Source of the DNA: Leucoraja ocellata
Taxonomy: Eukaryota
Length of the DNA: 64,000 bases
Direction: 5' to 3'
NCBI GenBank assembly: GCA_036785375.1
Contig: JAWMAR010000384.1
Span: forward strand, 620,001 to 684,000
Under the pieces are notes generated by a model. It saw nothing but the letters and a program-made list of their open reading frames with translations, did no database searches and was not told the origin of the DNA. This document shows, piece by piece, positions 62,562 through 64,000 of this stretch (the first letter of the stretch is position 1; each line of letters opens with the position of its first letter). The position numbers and the translations under genes are program-made.

Positions 62562-63027
62562 GTAAGTAATAGTGTTGCCGATCTATCCACTGATAAAGGC
62601 ACATTCTTCATGGTTTGAATTAGGCATTAGATTTTCAGCGGTTGTTGATCTTGAAACACTTCTGCCATATGACTTCTGTAACATTCCTCATGTTCACTCC
62701 ATTGATTGGAAATGGTTTAGCTGTTTGATATATATGACTGTTCCAAATCCCACAGTTTACCTCACCTTACAAAGGGATCAGGCACATCAGCAAGTTGTGC
62801 AATAGGATAGCAAAGAACATTACATTGGTGGTGCAAAGTTGTTATTTTGTATCCATCTAAAAATGTTCATAATGCAATTACATGGAGTGTGTTCTTGCTG
62901 GTTATGGATGAAAAGGCAGCTCAATTCAGAGCACTTTATTCAGCCTATAATGGGAATGTGAAACTTGCTACCACTGGAGTCATTGATGCGTATAACAGTG
63001 GCTTATTATGAGAAATTTAGACTATTA

Positions 63028-64000
63028 AAGAGTCAATGTGGATTGAGTTGAGGAATTGTGACGGCAAGAAGACACTAATTGGCATTATCTACACACCCCC
63101 AAATAGCAGCCCGGATGTACGTTGTAAGTTGCAGCAGGAGTTAAAAGTGGCATGTAACAAAGGTGATGCCACTGTGGTGATGGGGGATTTCAATATGCAG
63201 GTAGACAGGGAAAATCAGGTTGGTTCAGGACCCCAAGAATGAGAGTTTTTAGAGTGCCTCCGTGATGGATTCTTAGAGAAGCTTGTAATGGAGCCGACAG
63301 AGAAAAGGCAATTCTGGATTTAGTGTTGTCCAATGAACCAGATCTCATAAGAGAACTCGATGTAAAGGAACCGCTTGGAGGTAGTGATCATAATATGATT
63401 AGTTTTAATCTGCAATTTGAGAAGGAGAAGGTTAAATTGGATGTGTCAGTGATGCAGTTGAATAAAGGGGTCTATGAAGGCATGAGAGAGGAGCTGGCCA
63501 AGGTAGACTGGAAAGGGAGGTTACACAGAAAAGCTGGAGAAACTCAGCGGGTGCAGCAGCATCTATGGAGCGAAGGAAATAGGCAACGTTTTCGGGCCGA
63601 AACCCTTCTTCAGACTGATCAGGGGTGGGGGTGGGTGGGGGACAAGAAAGGGAAAAGGAGGAGTAGCCGGAAGGCTGGAGGGTGGGAGGAGACAGCAGGG
63701 GAGCTGAGGAAGGGGAGGAGACAGCAAGGACTAACAGAATTGGGAGAAGTCGATGTTCATGCCCCCGGGGTGCAGACTCCCCAAACGGAATATGAGGTGC
63801 TGTTCCTCCAATTTCCGGTGCTGCTCGCTGTGGCCATGGAGGAGACCCAGGACAGAGAGACAAAGACTGGAAAGGGATCCTAGCAGGAATGATGGTGGAA
63901 CAGCAATGGCAGGAAGTTCTGGGCATAATCCGGAAGATGCAGGGTAATTTCATTGCAAAAAGGAAGAAAGATTCTAAGGGGAGTAGGAGACAACCGTGGC
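63028..64000 (+). mobile_element. CR1 LINE ORF2 endonuclease region, interrupted by a Penelope-like insertion
   Basis: WIELRN...IGIIYTPPNS...VMGDFN...EPLGGSDHNMISF...KVDWKG|ILAG. Confidence 0.9.
63519..63863 (-). mobile_element. 5'-truncated Penelope-like element (GIY-YIG C-terminus plus 3' region with hammerhead-like motif)
   Basis: Minus-strand LSVLGLLHGHSEQHRKLEEQHLIFRLGSLHPGGMNIDFSQFC* (63731-63859); 14-bp TSD AGACTGGAAAGGGA. Confidence 0.85.

Noticed and set aside
783-63953. Most of the 60-210 aa ORFs in the track as independent genes
   Set aside because: They are chance intronic frames, antisense frames of exons, or frameshifted TE remnants, with no coherent domains.

Overview
Eukaryotic (vertebrate) genomic DNA. 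The repeat content (HE1/V-SINE-like, HER1/CR1-like, Rex1/Babar and Penelope-like elements) points to a cartilaginous fish, probably a skate or ray; the species is an inference. Two genes lie head-to-head around a ~1.2 kb promoter. MRPL40 is on the - strand (coding exons 1-3 at 3688-1576; the last exon lies left of the window). HIRA is on the + strand (coding exons 1-22 at 4862-62561, 2678 nt joined in frame with GT-AG boundaries, ~892 aa; the remaining exons lie right of the window). Introns are dense with transposons: CR1 fragments, a young Rex1/Babar RT, a near-complete IR/DR Tc1 nested in a Tigger-like MITE, a hAT MITE and V-SINEs. The most interesting signals are: (1) roughly 15 copies of a ~100 bp Penelope-derived repeat, several retaining a minimal hammerhead-ribozyme core, often as inverted composites with 13-16 bp target duplications, and tied to a GIY-YIG ORF end at 63.7 kb; (2) GC-rich non-autonomous retroelements sharing a conserved internal RNA stem and Rex1-type 3' stem-loops; (3) a near-perfect 65-nt intronic hairpin; (4) a divergent CTCF motif pair; (5) substitutions in HIRA regulatory motifs. 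Repeat family names come from recalled motifs, not database searches. Most ORFs in the supplied track are spurious.
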